Shown: piece after piece, positions 61,979-64,000 of the stretch
How the letters are laid out: each line of letters opens with the position of its first letter
Numbering within the stretch: the first letter of the stretch is position 1
Assembly (NCBI GenBank): GCA_000320545.1
Contig: ADNK01000413.1
Location: forward strand, 45,313-109,312
Source of the DNA: Bigelowiella natans CCMP2755
Lineage: Eukaryota; Protista; Cercozoa
Length of the DNA: 64,000 bases
Reading direction: 5' to 3'
Program-made: the position numbers and the translations under genes
The notes under the pieces: generated by a model
What the model was told of the DNA's origin: nothing
Database searches by the model: none
What the model saw: the letters and a program-made list of their open reading frames with translations, nothing else

Positions 61979-64000
61979 CGCGCGCTTCTACCCTCACATA
62001 CTCAGATTTGAAAAGATAGGGAATGAACATGTCAGCATGACAAAAGTGGTATTCATGAAAGATACGTAAAGGAGCTGCTAAGGACTCCAAACTGTGCAGG
62101 AGGGAGGGTGGGCATATCGGAAATGATGAGAGCAGCATCTTCAGTTTCCCTCCAAGATATATGGTAACACACCTCGGGTCTTCATCTCCGTGTGCACGCC
62201 AAGGAGCCTGAAAGGGGGGGGGAGAAGGAGAGAATTCTTTACAATTACAGTAACAATCTTCAAAATTCTATGCATTCTTGCTATGACCACGCACAGTAGA
62301 ATGCGAATCCTCCCTTGATAACCCCCCCCCCACGCGGTGAATAACAAACAACAAAAGACATTGTACCTGCAGATCCCATCCAACTCTCCATTGTAAAAAC
62401 TGGGTTGGATCAGCAAACCTGAAGAACAAGGCAGAGAGAAATTACCGTGTGTGTGTGTGTGTGTGTGTGTGTGGACTACCTATAGCTACCACCACCACTA
62501 CAACAAAGCTACACTTGCATAATTGCCTTTTTGCCATAAGAAGATTCTTTTCCAACAGCAGGGCCGCCTTTTCTATAGACTCCGAGTCGAACACCGGTGA
62601 AAGCGCAAGCCTAATGCTCTCCAGCTTCTTGAGGAAGTTGAACCTGATCACATCCATTTATTGCCAGGGTATGAAGAATAATAACCATAACACTTTTACG
62701 ATAAATGGAAGTCTAGTTGATTCGCTACGATCTAGGAAATGAATGCCAGGGACAAGTTGACGAGCTTTTGTTGGACAACAAAACACCATAAAAATGAGAT
62801 ACTACGCACAACTACTCGAGAAAACATCGACGATTATTTCTAAGGGCTCTTTAGTTGAGCATTTTACAATTTCGCAGCATCATTTTCCCATAGTTTTCGT
62901 ATCAGCTTTGTCGCCAAAAACCGAACCTTTTGTTGTTGCATGCTCTATGATCGTCGGAATTTACACACTTCGGATGCAGTCGGTTGCGGATGATGAAGGC
63001 CTCCTGTTTGGCAGGACAGCGAGGAGGGAGAGGAAAGACAGACAGGGAGAGAATGAAAGACAACGAGAGAAAACTAGTGAGAGAGAGATTGGGAATGAAA
63101 GTGAAAAAGACGAAACGTTTGAGGGAAGGAGAGGAAATATACATATGATGGGGATGGATGGCAAGGTGAGGAGGCATTGGTTGTATACCAACAAGAATGG
63201 GTTATCTACTTTAGGGTACAAAAAATGGCAATATCATCTTACAGAGTCACATCGCAGCTTAGGTCGTCCAGTGTCTCTCGTGTACTGGTCTACAGTATGA
63301 ATGTTGAAGAATTCTCGTTCCAGCTTTACTTCTCTGCGAAATAACGACGATGACGACGACAACAAGGATTCAGATCTAACAGCTTCTTTTTCCCATCACT
63401 GTCGTTTTATCGATTTTATCTATTGTACCTTCCATCTCCTCCGCTCCAATACTCAACGGTGAAACCGTTTGGAACCTGAGTAAGCCAAATGGTTGATTGG
63501 ACAGGGGAGGAGGAGGAGGAGGAGGAGGAGGAGGGAGGGGGGGGGGGGGGGGGGGGCAGATTTCCAGGTCCTCCTGCTCCCGTTCTGGCTAATGAGGGGC
63601 CGGGATGGTGAGCACAACAATTAGCCTTATTTTTCTGCTGGGTACTTGCTATAGGATAACAGGTTGCAATATTAAGTTAAACTATTGAAGGATCCGCACT
63701 GATTGGAAATCTGAATTAGGCATGAAGGACGATTCGGTGGTGATCCTGAAATCCTCCTTTACAGTAAATAGAAAATGACAAAACAATTCATCTTCGATTG
63801 AAATACTTTCAAAACATTGTTAACGAATTTATTCGGCACAGTATTTGCAAGGAACATGTTTAAGACATTCCCGCTCAGCAATAAATAGTAAACCGCTTTG
63901 CACAGTGGTTTCTCCGTCGTCTTCTCGTCTTTCTAGACATCTAGTTCGTCAGTCGTCATCATGCAAATGATGATGATGAGCGATACCCCGCTGCGGCCAC

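Noticed and set aside
60260-64000. Probable multi-exon gene(s) at the right end
   Set aside because: No supportable exon chain or product assignment

Overview
Intron-rich eukaryotic (protist-like) nuclear DNA; the organism cannot be identified from the sequence alone. Positions 1-~12.45 kb hold an AT-rich, intronless endogenous Polinton-like virus (PLV) that runs off the left edge. It encodes an A32-type packaging ATPase, major and minor capsid proteins, a fibre-like protein, two GIY-YIG nucleases and a broken SF1 helicase-HNH gene. It abuts a spliced Crinkler/RHS-type NTPase+REase gene (12.7-14.9 kb). The rest is host genes (SERBP1/Stm1-like, RPL26, a membrane RGS protein, a PH protein, a VPS9 protein, SERCA, GOT1, an FKBP, a Tudor-knot/RanBP2-finger protein), many microsatellites and several repeat relics. 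The most striking signal is a repeat-targeted hypermutation. The left part of the virus and several repeat islands (~15.0-15.8, 19.3-20.0, 28.2-29.4, 41.7-43.4, 47.8-48.5, 58.1-58.8 kb) have lost most TpA dinucleotides through TA->TG/CA (A-to-G on either strand). Tyr codons become Cys/His, ATG starts become GTG and TAA stops become TGA, while CTAG is spared and expands into (CTAG)n. Host genes look untouched. This resembles a RIP-like genome defence with the opposite chemistry. All counts are by eye.
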